Of a stretch of DNA of 64,000 nt, positions 26,003 to 39,088 are shown piece by piece. Position 1 is the first letter of the stretch. Each line of letters begins with the position of its first letter. Made by a program: the position numbers and the translations under genes. The DNA lies in NCBI GenBank assembly GCA_001949185.1, contig BDGG01000003.1, forward strand, positions 4,013,158 to 4,077,157, given 5' to 3'. The stretch is from Ramazzottius varieornatus (lineage: Eukaryota > Animalia > Tardigrada). The notes below the pieces were generated by a model. It searched no databases. It worked only from the letters and a program-made list of their open reading frames with translations, and had not been told where the DNA came from.

Positions 26003-26804
26003 TCAGCGGGTAGCCTCGTTCCTCCAGTTGTGAAGAATGGTGACGACCATCATGCAAATGCTATACAACACTGCGGCAATCTTCGTTATCGACTGCTTAG
26101 TCCTACGGACATGGCACTCCGAGCCTTCAGTGTGAGGGTTACCCTGCAATTGAAGCATTGAAAAAGAGCGACCAGGAACAACGTGGGAAATAAGTTGGAA
26201 GAAGGCGACATACAGCAGGACTCCAGATGAAACAACCAGGAAAACTCCCAACAGCAGGTGACGCGTGGCATCCTTAGCTTCGTCCGGACTTCTCTCGATA
26301 AAGGCTTCCGCTTCCTGCAACACAGTAAATTCTGCTACATGCTTTTTTGACTATGTATCACCCATTGCTTACCACGGACTTTATTTCTTCTAGCTGTCGT
26401 TCGATCGTAGCTAGCCTTTCCTCGTTGACTCGCACCTTCTTCAGCACCGTTTCTGCTTGCCTGAAACAAAGAACCCAATTGTATTCCGTTAGGGTACTCC
26501 TGTGGGCTGCAGCTGCTAGCTTTTATACAGTAGATCACGTTCGTACGCTTGACTTCCTTCTTGCATCATGCGGCGCGCCTTCTCCGTATCGCGTCTCATT
26601 GACTTCTCCAGCTGAATTTTTTGGTTCCATAGTAGATCACGGGCTCCCTTGAGTTTCTGTAACAGTCAAAATACCGAGCTGACTTGACTAACTTAGATGC
26701 AAATGCAGAACATTAATTTTGCTACTGCAAGATTCACCGCAAGTTACCAGCATAGCCAGATCGCGGCTCCTCTGACGAGAGGCAGAGTTGGATTTTCCAA
26801 ACAT
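26003..26804 (-). CDS. Divergent Snf7-family (CHMP6/Vps20-like) ESCRT-III protein; 3' part unresolved
   Basis: Spliced MFGKSNSASRQRSRDLAML|KLKGARDLLWNQKIQLEKSMRRDTEKARRMMQEGSQAQAETVLKKVRVNEERLATIERQLEEIKSV resembles the CHMP6 N-terminal helices. Confidence 0.5.
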
Positions 26805-27001
26805 GCTGTTCGTACCAAGCGGGGCGAAGCCTTGTGAAGACCGCAGAATCGAATTTCGTTCCGCACGGTCGAGATTCCAGAAAGAACGATGGATCCTCAT
26901 TCCTGATCCTGCAACAGAGAACATCCGGATTGGATCCGGAAGAAACAAAGTAGAGATCTGGGGTTTCGGCGGCCCAGTTCCATAACGATCGATCAGCACT
27001 A

Positions 27002-27593
27002 CCATTGCGGTCAGAAACGTGAGGACATGGAGAAATCAATCAATCAACACCCATGGCGGAGTTCGGGGCGGTATTACAATCAAAAGTTTTGATAAATTTT
27101 ATTGAATGCACTCTCTGAATCACCACTTGGTTCGCAGATCATTATTGAGAAGAAGATCCTCCAAACGCCTTTCCATCGTTCCGTACAACTTCTTACAGAG
27201 CTTAGCAATGTCACCACTCAGACGTCGACGCCGCAGAAGATCAGATGCCCACTTTCGAGAATGCCCAAAGTAACGTCCAATTTGGCTCCAGCTGATGTCG
27301 TCTTTCCTCATTCTTCTAACTGCTCTCACCACCACGTCACTTACCCTGTGGCCTCGGCTCATTCTAGACTATATTAAAGAACACAATGGCAGAGGTAGCG
27401 ATGGATATCACAGAAGAGATTACAGGAACTAAGAAGTAAGACTCCCGGAATCACAAAGGAACACCTGTTACGCCTGAAAACAGCTGACTGAACCGGAAAC
27501 GTTGATCAAGGCTTTTGATTGCCGTGACGTCACGTCGTGCGGTCGGTTCTGATTGATTTATTGGCCATGTCCTCACGTTTCTGACCGCAATGG
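27002..27593 (-). mobile_element. Internally deleted Tc1/mariner element (592 bp)
   Basis: Perfect 29-bp TIR CCATTGCGGTCAGAAACGTGAGGACATGG with TA on both sides. Internal 80-aa ORF 27362-27120 has an HTH-like N-terminus and a Tc1-like C-terminus. Confidence 0.88.
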
Positions 27594-28406
27594 TATGTGG
27601 ATTGTTCAGGAACACTGATTGCTACTGTAACTCGCTGTTTACAAAAGGCTAGGTACTGCAGCTCTACAGTGTCGCTGTCCAGCGGAGGACGGCTGATTTA
27701 CTCAGCCTAATATCCAAAATCGAGGACCTGTTACTTACGACCTGCCAAGAACCGATGCAACAGGGAAACTTTGTCATCAGCGCGCAAATCCTACCTCTAT
27801 TGAACAGCAGACCCAGGTGTTTGGACGGCATTCGTGATTGACTGATTGCCGTTCCAAAATTGGGCTGCGATTGATGTTGCGAAGCCGTTCTGTGTTTTGG
27901 ATAATTCACTGAGTAAAGCACCCGTCCATCGCTGTCGCTGTCCCGCCTGCCCGTCGCAGTTCTCTTTCGGTGGAAACAAATGGGACTCTTCGCTGTCGGG
28001 AATACCTTATCTCAAATTCCTGACGCTGTGGACTTCTTCAACCAGCTGACTCCCAGCGTTTGACTAGGACTTACAGTCAAGTACGGATCGTTGGGCATCT
28101 TGAGTTGAAAGTTACCTGTGATCAAGTGTCACCGGTTTGTTGTGCTTTTCAGCTGGTGACAAATTGATGCTCATCCACATCCGGTATCCTGCGTCCGGAC
28201 TCTGTCCTATCGACTAAGACTTCTACAAGACCAACAGGTATGCCATGTGGTATCAGTCTCATCTAATGTAGCTGAACTTAAAGAACAAAGTGGTACTAGC
28301 CAGCAATTGTTGATCGCTGACCGGAATATTCACTGATTTTGACTGATGTGCCAAATGAGGCTACTGAGCAGGTTTGTTTAATCAGTCCTCTTCTGTAGGC
28401 TCCAGG

Positions 28407-31400
28407 ATGGACTTGAAGACAGCTTTGGAACTTATTCTTTCGCCAGGTAAGTTTGGAGGAATTATTCTAGATGTCTCACGCTGACCCGGGATATTTTTGG
28501 TATAGTCGTTCAGCCACCACGATACGATCATTTGCTTTAATCTGACTGACTAGTATCTTTCTTCCAGATGCTTATTGAAGAAAAACTTGATAGTATAATT
28601 AAATTTTGTTTTGTGCGTGTTTTAGATCAGACACAGCAGAAAGCGGCGGAGCGTGCACTTGCGGATAGCCTGGGAAGCGATTTTGTAAGCCCGAAGATGG
28701 TGGACATTTGTACGGTCCCAGTAAGTACCTTTGGCCAACGAATTCTGGTCGTAGGTACCGACAATCGCACGTCTTACCGAGCTAGCCAAGACCAGCGATG
28801 TCTCCGATACCGTCCGTCAGAGCGCGGCGATGGCCTTCAAGAACACTCTCACTTCCAAGGACGCCAGTGAGAAGCTTCGCAAACAACAGATGTGGCTGAT
28901 GATGCCGAATGACGCTAAAGATTTCGTCAAAAAAAACGTAAGCTCAATTTCTGTCGAAAAGTTACCTTATTCGTGTGGTAGAACGAGTTATCTTTCTACT
29001 CTAGTTACTGGAGACACTGTTGACGGACGGACCAGGACTGGGACGAGCCATAGCCCAATGCGTTACAGCCGTAGCCTTATGTGGCAACGTAGCGGTGGAA
29101 TGGCCGGACCTCATTCCTACCTTGTCCCAACTGGTCATGGAACAGAAGAACATCAGCAAACAGTCCGCCTTGGAAGCTATCGGATACATCTGTGAAGAAA
29201 TCGTGAGTAGCAGTTATACTGAAAATGTTCGAAACCGGAATGTAAAGCTCGATTACCCAAGTGGCGCACTACTCCTGTTGTATCACTAAAATAGTGCGCC
29301 ACCTAGGAAAATGATGTTGTCGAGTTTGTCTCCTGAGCCTCTATGTATTGATAGTACTTTGAAGCTTCGTAACTTGACGATAATTCTGGCGGTTTCTTTC
29401 GTTTATAGACAACGGACGTCCTCTCTCCCTACTCTGGCACTATTGTGACGGCCATCATGAACGGCATGCAGAAGGAAGAGCCTAACATTGATGTTCGTTT
29501 GGCCGCCGCTACGGCTTTCCAAAATGCGATGGACTTTTTCAAGCCCCACTTCGCCCAGCCGGTATTTGTGCATTTTATCTACGTTCCAGAACCATCACAT
29601 GACAAACATCATGAAACCAGCTTCGTTTTATTGTGTTGTGCAGCAAGAGCGGGACTACATGATGACAGTTACCTGCGAGGCTACGCAAGCAGCGGACCCT
29701 CGCATGAAGACTGCCGCACTGCAGTGCATGGTCCGCATTGTCCAGCTGTATTATAGGTTTATGGAACCCTACATGGCGCCTGCGCTACTTCCCGTAAGTC
29801 ACACAGTTCAAATGTATTCGGGAATGTAACTTTCACGAACTGGGAAGTCGGCAAACAAAACCCGCAAAACCGTTATCTCACCTAGCGCACGTTTCCATTG
29901 TTTTCGGCTAAAAGCTGTGCGCCACTTGAGGTGATGATCTTGCACATTTCGTTCATCGGCTTCCCAGTTTAATAGAAAGTGACGACTCAAAGGGATCATC
30001 TGTTTCAGATTTCTTGCCAAGCCATGACCAATACTGATTCCGACGAGGTCGTGCTGCAAGGCATCGAGTTTTGGTCTTCTCTCTGCGAGTTGGAGATTGA
30101 CTTGAAGAACGACATCGATGTAAGATGCTAGTCAAGGAAGAACAGTATAAGGTTACAAATTTCCATTCAGTAGTTTCTCTAACCAGGATTGCGGGCAGGA
30201 GGACGAGGTTTACTTCGGGTTCGTTCAGAAAAACTTGTCGTTGGTGACACCATATCTTCTACAATGGCTGACTCGTCAAGCGGACAGCGACGAGGAAGAA
30301 TGGATACCCTCTAAAGCTGCTCATGTCTGCCTTACCTTGCTATCCGAGTGTGTCGAGGTATGAGCGGGAAGAAACATTCCAAAGCTTGGCAGACGAACTC
30401 CATAAGATCGTTCTTTCCAAATGGCGCACGCTTTCAGACAGCGACGCTGGAAACGTGCGTTACTTTGGAAAACAACCATGACGGTGCCGAGGTCTTATTT
30501 GCTTCTTGATGAGCCTTTATGCTGTACCGCTGTGATGTTCCGTATGACGTATAACTCTCCGATGCGATATTGCAGGATGAAATCGCTCCCGCTGTTGTTC
30601 CATACATAGCGCAAAACATCCAGAATCCTGACTGGCACTATCGTGATGCGGCGTGCGTTGCCTTCGGTGGGTGATGCAGTTTGATAATCTCTGTATGCTG
30701 AATTCTATGGCACATGGGGAGATTGATGACTGGTTGTGGTTTCAGGATGTATCCTCGATGGTCCTGATCCAAAGAAACTGATGCCCATGGTGAACGAAGC
30801 GTACGATGTGGTGATGAGCATGATGGCCGATGAAAGCATGCAGGTCCGTGACAGCGCTGCTTGGGTTATCCAGCGCATGTGCGAGTTCATCGGTACCGGG
30901 AACACCATGCGCGCCGACCGCTTCGCCAACACCCTGCAGATTCTCCGGCAGAACCTCAACAGCAGTCCTGGTGTCGCTCTCAACGTCTGCTGGGTAAGTG
31001 TTTGCTCAAGACACCTCTCTGATCAAAATAACGTGACAAACAGACTGATGTTTGAAACTAGGCTTTGACAACCTTGGCAAGAACTTCATACGAATCAGCC
31101 AACACGACACCGGGAGGCGAGGTCCAGGCGACCCGTATTCCCCCTTCCACGGCCCTCTCTCCGGTCTTCCCGGATCTCATCAACGAACTCTTCCAAGTTG
31201 GCTTTCGGTAAAAGTTCGATCAGCTCAAACCATTCTTCTATAATGCCTTCACTACAGCTCTTTTGTTGTAGGGGCGACTCGATGCACAATAACCTCAGAA
31301 CGGCGGCCTTCGAGGCTGTGAACCAGCTGATGCTGCATTCTCCTCAGGTACGCGACGGTAACCTTCGTACTTGGTTGATCGTCGTTCGGACAAGTTAACG

Positions 31401-33520
31401 GACTTTCTGCTTGCAGGACTGTTATCCGTCGGTGCAAAAGACCGCAGTTCAGATCTACCAATACATTGCGGGAGCTCTGACCCAAGACAACAGTATGGAC
31501 GCCGCAAAGCGCGCTCACTTTGGCGACTATTGTCAGCATTGGCTGGTCATTCTGAATGTAATTTCATCATGGAAATCAGTTGCTGTAGATCCCGGATGCA
31601 ACCTTTTTTTTCACAGACTATCCTGAAACGACTGGAGCCTGCCGACCGAGCACAGATCCGCGCCACGGTCTATGACATCTGTACACGCACACTCGATCTC
31701 TATCGCAACCAGCACAGCTTTCAGGCCGAGCCGGAAGCTTTGATTTGCCTTACCACTCTAATGGACTGTGAGCATGAGTCTTTACAGATCCTGGTTTTGA
31801 TCGTTCTGACAAATAGTTTCATCTAACTGTTGCTTCTGTTTCAGTGGACCCGAAAGAGTTCTCCGCTTGCTTGGATGGACTCCACCCCTACATCACTCTG
31901 GCTCTGACCAGCTACAATGAGCACACTGTAAGTGCGACGTACCCTGAACATTTCTGAGTACTTTCTTGCGTTTCGTCCGGATCGAAAAATATGTAGAAAA
32001 ATATTTGGAACTGAGCAGACTAGACACGATTTTTTCTCCAAGTGGCGCATCCTTACAGCAAGTGACACTAAGAACGTGCGCCAGTTGGGTGGAATTTCTT
32101 GTCTGGTTTCTTTGCCGAGCTCTCCTTTATGTGCTTGGACGGACTTTTACAGCCTTCGGCTTTCATGCAGATTGTGAACGCAGCGTTATCGCTAGTCTCG
32201 GGAATCTGCCATAACTACGAGGCTTCCGTCATCCGGCTGGTTCCCAGCTTCGTTGAGCATGTGATCCGTCTGATTTCGGTAGGTCTATTCTTTGCTCCTG
32301 TTGTGAAGTGAAATGGATGCAATTACGGATGTTTTGTAGCAACTGAATGATCCGTCCGGCCTGGTAAAGCCCCGCGCGGTCTGCACACTAGGGGATATCG
32401 CGCTGTCCATGGGAAGCCTTTATGCTCCGTATGCCGTCATGTCCTTTGAGTGCTTGCGAAATATTGTCATACCGCAGGTGAGCTGACATCATAGGAGGTC
32501 TCGATTACTTCATGCGATAATTTGTTTGCCTCATCCTCATAGGATGTGGACGTTTGGATGTCGCTGGTGGAATCCGTCTTGGAAGCCTGCGTCGGGCTGG
32601 CACAGTGCCTCGAGACCCAACGGGATGGGCTGAAAGCTACCTACACTGGTAAGCTTTTCAGGCTTGTGTGTTGCACGGCGTGCTTCTGAATCCTGCTTCC
32701 TCCAAAGGAAAACAGCCGAGCGGGTTAATCGAGCAGATTAATTTTATATGAAATAAGAATAAATTTGCAAAATGTATGAGACTTCGGCAAATGAGCCCAC
32801 TCAGATCGTTGTTTGGAGTTGCCCGCTTTACTGTCGATGTTGACTCGAAGCGCGTGCAACTGGTGGATTCGATCCAGAAAAATTCATCTACCGACGTCTC
32901 AATTCACAAAAAAATAAATTTGCACAATGAGAATTCAACGAGATTTGGGATCTTAAAAAAAATAAAATAAATTTGCACAATGAGAATTCAACGAGATTTG
33001 GGATCTTAAAAAAAATAAAATAAATTTGCACAATGAGAATTCAACGAGATTTGTGATCTTGGGATATTTGACTAGAGGAAAAAGACCAAACCAGAAGAGC
33101 AGTTTTTTTCGGCATTTGCAGATGACGTGCGTACGATGATGCGAGCCTATGCGTCCTTCATAGTCCCCCTGATTGTGTCAGCCTCGGAACAATTGTCTCT
33201 GATTAGCGATGGATGCGTGCAGAACTGTGCCATCATGATGTCGTAAGTACTACAAGGTCCATAAAATAATTCAGTGGCCCCGGATACCATTTTCTGGTCC
33301 TAAGGGAAAGAAATTATATCGTGTGTGTCTTTCCAGGATTCTGTGTCAGATGTTCGGACGGGAAATGCTACCGATGGTGGACAAGCAAGAGTTCTTCAAC
33401 CTGCTTCAGAAAGGAAAAGCTCAGAAAGGAACCAAGACAAGAACCCTGTGTTCGATAACACTGAAAGAATTGCAAAAGCTGAAGACCTCAAATGGCTCTG
33501 GTGATGCTGTTTCTCGCTGA
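28407..33520 (+). CDS. Importin-beta (karyopherin beta-1 family), divergent, many exons
   Basis: [107 protein letters not shown]. Confidence 0.9.
29230..32901. repeat. Five family A copies in five importin-beta introns (~29230-29342, 29842-29965, 30378-30505, 32006-32124, 32777-32901)
   Basis: Core palindromes and outer arms; the last copy is degenerate. Confidence 0.82.
32911..33060. repeat. 53-bp tandem repeat x~2.8 in an importin-beta intron
   Basis: Unit AAAATAAATTTGCACAATGAGAATTCAACGAGATTTGGGATCTTAAAAAAAAT starts at 32911, 32964 and 33017. Confidence 0.9.
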
Positions 33521-34188
33521 ATGGCTTTATTCTGAAAAAAAATATTGCCTCACTGTGCCTTACTGTATCAGGAGAAGGCTTTTCTAAGGAGATTTTATTG
33601 GATCATTTTAACAAAGTTTGAATGTCCTGCGTCTTTTATGCCTTGATCTCTGGGCTGTTTTAGAGTTCTGCATTCCTCTTGTCGTCATCGGTATTCCAAC
33701 GCGGGGCTCATCCGAGTCTAAAACAAAGCCACCGCCACTCTCTGGAGTCTGATTGTGAAGTAATTTTGAGTTGACGTATAAATTGCGTCGTTCTTGTTTA
33801 TGGGTTTCCCAAGTCAGTCGATCTAGTCACTCAACATGATTGCGTGGGACGTCTTTTACGAGATGAGAGCCTAAAGGGAGTGACTGAAGAACTTGTTGAC
33901 GTCGGTGCCATAAAAACTTGTATGACTTCCATTCAATGTCATGAGACCCATAACTTCACACAGTAAGGTTATTAGATGCTATTCAGATGATTCTTTAAGT
34001 GTTTACGCGATAAGTCTTCCGTGAGGAAGCCAGAGAAGTGAGAAACCCAAGGTTATGTAACTGGAAGTTTTGGAGGAACCCGGAAGCAAAATAGTCTCTT
34101 TGGGCGATAACCATAAAATTCGTCCAACAAAAAAGATGTATTGTTGTTAAATTGAGCATAGATGACGAACTTTTAGAAAATCTCCGAT

Positions 34189-37041
34189 CTATATGAAACT
34201 GGATTTTGTTCGGCCTGTTGGAGAAATGTCAATGTATTGACACTCGCGGAAGAAGCTCGGGGAAGAACGATCAGTTTGACAGTGGGTTCCTCCTCCGCCT
34301 CCCCGCTGGTGGCAAGCTTGCTGAAGCCTTTCTCGGGGTGAAATGTAGCCACTACGGTTGTGACGGGAGGCTCGCGAGAAGATATGGAAGGCGCCGTAGA
34401 TGACGGGATTCAGGACGGAGTTGAATATTCCTGCAAAGGCAGCATGACTTCAGTCACCTGCTGTGTGAGGACTGTGTCCGAGCTGGGAGAGCAGAACAAA
34501 CGGGAGCGCTATCATCAGTGGCGCAGCCTTTTTGCCAATAACAAAAGAAATGTGCGCCGTTTGAGGTGGCGCTCTTGTACATTTTGTTCGCCCAGCTCCC
34601 ATGTGGCATCTTTAATGGACTGTTTTCGATGTTCCATTAAGGAAGTCATTAAAATTTTACAGGAAGTGCTGTTCAGTCCCAGATATCCCTCTTTTGATCT
34701 TCCGACATTAGTTATAAGTACAGTTGACGCATTACCGATGGACATCGAGCCCCTTTATGCCTTTAAGTTAAAATCGAGATCGATGGGATCGTCGGACGAC
34801 CAGCATATACTATTGTTTCTGCATATTACAGGGTTGGGTTCTTTTCCTGAATTTCAACGTCATGATGCATATTCCATTTTCCAGTAGAAAACCCGCGCAT
34901 CAGTATTGATTTCGGAAATGACACAAAGCTTTTAGGAGATGGAGTTTATCAACCCAAGTTCAACTCACGTTTTGCCTAAGCTTCGTCTTACCGAAGAAGA
35001 AAACAAAATTGTCCACATGCTCGTCGACAGAGTTTTCCCAAACAAACGATCCCACCATCCGCACGTAGTACGGTCCTGTTGAGATAACCAAAAGTTCGTA
35101 ATCAAGAAAAAACAACAGAAATAATTTTAATCGTCGAAATATTGTAACTGAAAGAAGTCCAAGAAGCCAAACGAGTGCGTCGAGCACCTGCATACCAAGA
35201 ACCCAAAGTGGTAAGTCGACGCGCTTGTATGCATGTGGGCGACGGGCCCGTTCAGATCGTTCGCCGCCTTCTTGGTTTTCGTTTGTAGACTTCCGCTTGA
35301 TGTGCCGGGTGATTAACTGACACATCGCCGAAAGTAACATAAGTTTTGACATGTTTTATCGACACATGGACAAAATTTCAGGTCGGCTAAAGCATCTTAC
35401 GCAAAGGAGGAGACGGATTGGAAGTAACCATAATTATGCATGTGACGTACCCCAGCAGATAAGAAAAGTCGTTACTATCAGGACACTAATCCAGAAGGAT
35501 GTGGTTCTAGCTTTTCGCAGCTTTGCGGAACGTATTGAGAGGCTCGGATTGTCGTGAACGTTGTAAGGTTGAGACACTGAAGAGGACCGCTTGATCCCGT
35601 TGCTGGCAGTAAAATCGACTTCTGCAAAAAAATTTCCAATGGTAAGTAAAAAATTTCCAACGGTAAAATGGTAAGTAGTACTGTTTTTCTTGTTGCCATT
35701 TCTGAACTTGAGAACAAGGTTGAAAGGACGAGCAATGGGAGCTGGGCGAACAAGATGTACAAGATTTCCACCTCAACTGACGCACGTTCCCGTTGTTATT
35801 AGGCTGGAAGGGCGCGCCACTCAAGATAACGATCTTGTGCGTTTTCTTCCACGCTCTTAAATATTTTTGGTACACGCAGGACGAGATTTTATGGTACAGT
35901 AAAAATTATAGGACAGGCGGAAAGGACGGCGAAATGGAAATTCAACCGTAGAGAAGTGTCAAAAAATGTGTTACTGTGAATCGGTCGCGTACGTACGTGC
36001 TCCCGTACCGTCGTAGCGAAAAGGCCTTTCCCATAATATTTATCGATTGCGGCGAACTTGCCTCTAAGATAAGAGTTAGTCGCTGAGGTCCTCGGGTCTG
36101 CGCGTTTGTCCACAAGTCCATTGGAGAATAACTTGTACAAAATCAGTGCATAGCAGGAGATGATAATGATGAGGGGCAGAAGGAAGTTGACAAGTAGCGT
36201 AAAAGTTGTATACAAGGGTTCCTGCCAATTCTCCGTGTATGCGCCGAATGTGACGCACTGGTAGAAATCAAATTCGCTGGTCGGCGCTTTCTGTACCCGG
36301 AAGATGACGGCCTGTTGGGAATTGTTCTAAGTTAATTATTCAAGGTTTGATGAGGGAGATAGCTCTTCAAGTTCAAGCTGTTGCTGTTGTCCCATTTTCA
36401 CTGATACCTGGGGAATACTAAATATGGCTGCAAGCGCCCATGCTGTGTTTGCAAGGCGCTGGTTCCATTTTTGTTTGTCCATCATGTTGAGCGGTGAAAC
36501 AATGGCAATACATCGATCCATCGAAATAACCACCACGATGAACGTACTGGCGTATAAACTAAACATCTGCAGATACTTCGAAATACGGCACATAAGATCC
36601 CCTGCCATCCATTGGACCTACAAGAAACATGTTATGAAAGTGCTTTCCTACCATATGGAAGTTACACGAACCTGCATACCTCCGCTTCTGTATCTTCGCA
36701 TGACCTATTGTATGCAGGTTCACGCTTATTCAGGGACGTACCGTATAATGCCAGACGGCCAAGGTTAAAATGCAAAAATTCACGACAAAGATGTCCGCCA
36801 CAACCAAGTTCAGTATAACATGCCGAATAGCAGGACTGACGCCCAAACGACGCCGCAGTAACATGACAAAGACTATTCCGTTCCCAATAAGTCCGGCAAC
36901 GTACATGATGGATAAAACGATAACCTTGGTCCTCCAGCTGACCACATCGAAGCCGAGTTCTCTGATGGAATCTTCGTACGTCTGGTTTGGTTGCATGCTG
37001 GTCAGCGATATTGGGAGTAGTGTCGGGACATCTTCCGCCAT
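34189..37041 (-). CDS. Class A GPCR of the GnRH/AKH/corazonin receptor family
   Basis: GLIGN, LNLVVAD, VQWMAGDLMCR, ISMDRCIAI, FSIPQ, FYQCVTF, FLICWGPYY, NSVLNPVIYG across spliced exons. Confidence 0.9.
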
Positions 37042-39088
37042 TTTGGCAAACACTGATATACTGTGTCCGAAAACCAATGGAAAAGATGAACAATGGCAAA
37101 ATGAAATAATGTCGAATTCCAGGCACCGGAAAGGACATGCCCTCCGAGGTAGACAGTCTTACTAACAGTCAACTGATCATTTCCGGGTGGTTTTGAAATA
37201 AACTTGCGTGCGGAATTTTGACATTGCCGAGCGGGTGTCGTGATCCGCCTGAATGAACTTGTGGTGGCATTCTCGCGTTAATCCACTAAGAAAGTATCCT
37301 GCGGCTCCGCGAGGGGAGCAAGCTTGTCACAAAGAGTCATGTATGCAAATGGCAGCAAACGCTTGCGGTCCCAAAACATGTGGATGCTTTTGCAGCCGCT
37401 CGTTTCGCGTGAACCTTGTAGTCCGTATTGCTGTATTGACGGGACAAGTTCGCAAGAAGTTCAAGGAAGACAACCTGCTCCTGTGTGTTGATAAGTAATT
37501 CTGTGTGACAAGTACAAGCGTGCATTTTCGCCCTCTTCATCTGTCAAGCGCAGGTTTCCCATGTGACCGATATTCCTCCATGCTCCTGCACGATCTAAGC
37601 GAGTACTTCCGCATTCAGTCAACCAAGTACGGTGTACCAACACAGTACGTCATGATAGTGATGATACCACTTTAGTAATGCAATGGGCGGTCGGCAAACG
37701 GAACGTACGGAGGTGGCGCACGGTTTCATTGTCACTGGTCGCAACAGTGCGCGACTTGAGATGACGATCGTGCACGTTTCTATTTTTCGATCACAGCACC
37801 AACTGTCACAGCAAAGGCGTGCCCGAACACATTCAGGAGACCATCCGAATCCAATTAGGCGTTCGACAAATTTGTGTGCATATTCTGAGATACATAAAGA
37901 GCAGAAGTCATCATTAGGCTTTCTCGATTTGCCTCAACCGGAACAAACGGCGCTTGTTTTAACTCTTAACCTCACGCCCTTCCTCCCCCGCTTCGTCCGT
38001 AGACTGGCTACTGCCACTTTTGCCATGCTTTTTCGGTCACTACTGCGCAATTTGACAATGATGTATCGAAACAGCACTGAGACGATATTTCATAACTTTA
38101 ACATTAATCAGAAATTCCGAACATAACTAATGGATCAACAGCGACACAACCAGACAGCTTGGGCCTCTAAGAACGACCTTATACAGCAAATTCACTGTAG
38201 GACGGAGCGCAAACTGAAGTCAACCAGTTCGACAAGCCACGTGACAGGTTGGCGCTTGAGAAAAAGGAACTGAGAAAAAGTACAGCAGATTACCTTACTT
38301 TGACTACAATAAAGAGAAATCAAGAAGAAGACTTACAAAAAGGAACGTTATTCTTCGGAGGACATCATGGTCAAGTCAGGATCTTCGGGTTCGGGGTCTT
38401 CAGCAATGGACGTTACGGCCGTCGACATCCCCTTTGGTCTCTTCCCGTTCCTAGGCCCGTTAAAATCGCCCATCAGCCTTACACCCAAGTCATTCGCGCC
38501 CTGACTTTGTGTCTGTGACAGCGCATCGTACGCTGTTTCGTTGCCCTCTTCAGCCTCAAACTGGATCTGCTTCTTGTTAGCCAGGTCCAGAATGGACAAG
38601 AAGCTACGACAGACGTCACCTGCCGTACTTCTCCGCATTACCGTCGACACGGCCTGAACATCGTTGCCGTAAGTGTTCTTACAGTTAACTACCAGGTCTT
38701 TGCCAAACTCCTCCAGATTGAAGGATAGCGTGGCAGCTTCGTGGTAGGAGAGAAAGTCGTTGAGCTTGTTTTCCCATTCACACAAGTCAACGTTACCGAT
38801 CTGACTTGAACTCACCGACGCGCCATCTTGACTCATCGTATCTCTTGGGCGCGGTCTCAAAAACAGACCTGCGAGAAAATAAAGTATTACCATTCAATTA
38901 CAATTGCTCGGCAAGATCGTTCTTTCAACTGACGCACACCTTCGGTCAATAAAGTTGGACGTGTGCGTCACTTGAGAAACCAACTCGACAAGATCGTTTT
39001 CCCAAATGACGCACTTTCTCACTGTCATTAGCCGGAAGCGTGCACCACTTGGGAAAACGATGCTGTCGAGTTTATTTGCCGAGCTCTT
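34478..39088. repeat. Family A copies ~34478-34600 and 35737-35855 (GPCR introns), 37685-37800 (upstream of the GPCR), doublet 38903-39088 (NCAPH2 intron)
   Basis: Core palindromes and outer arms. Confidence 0.85.
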
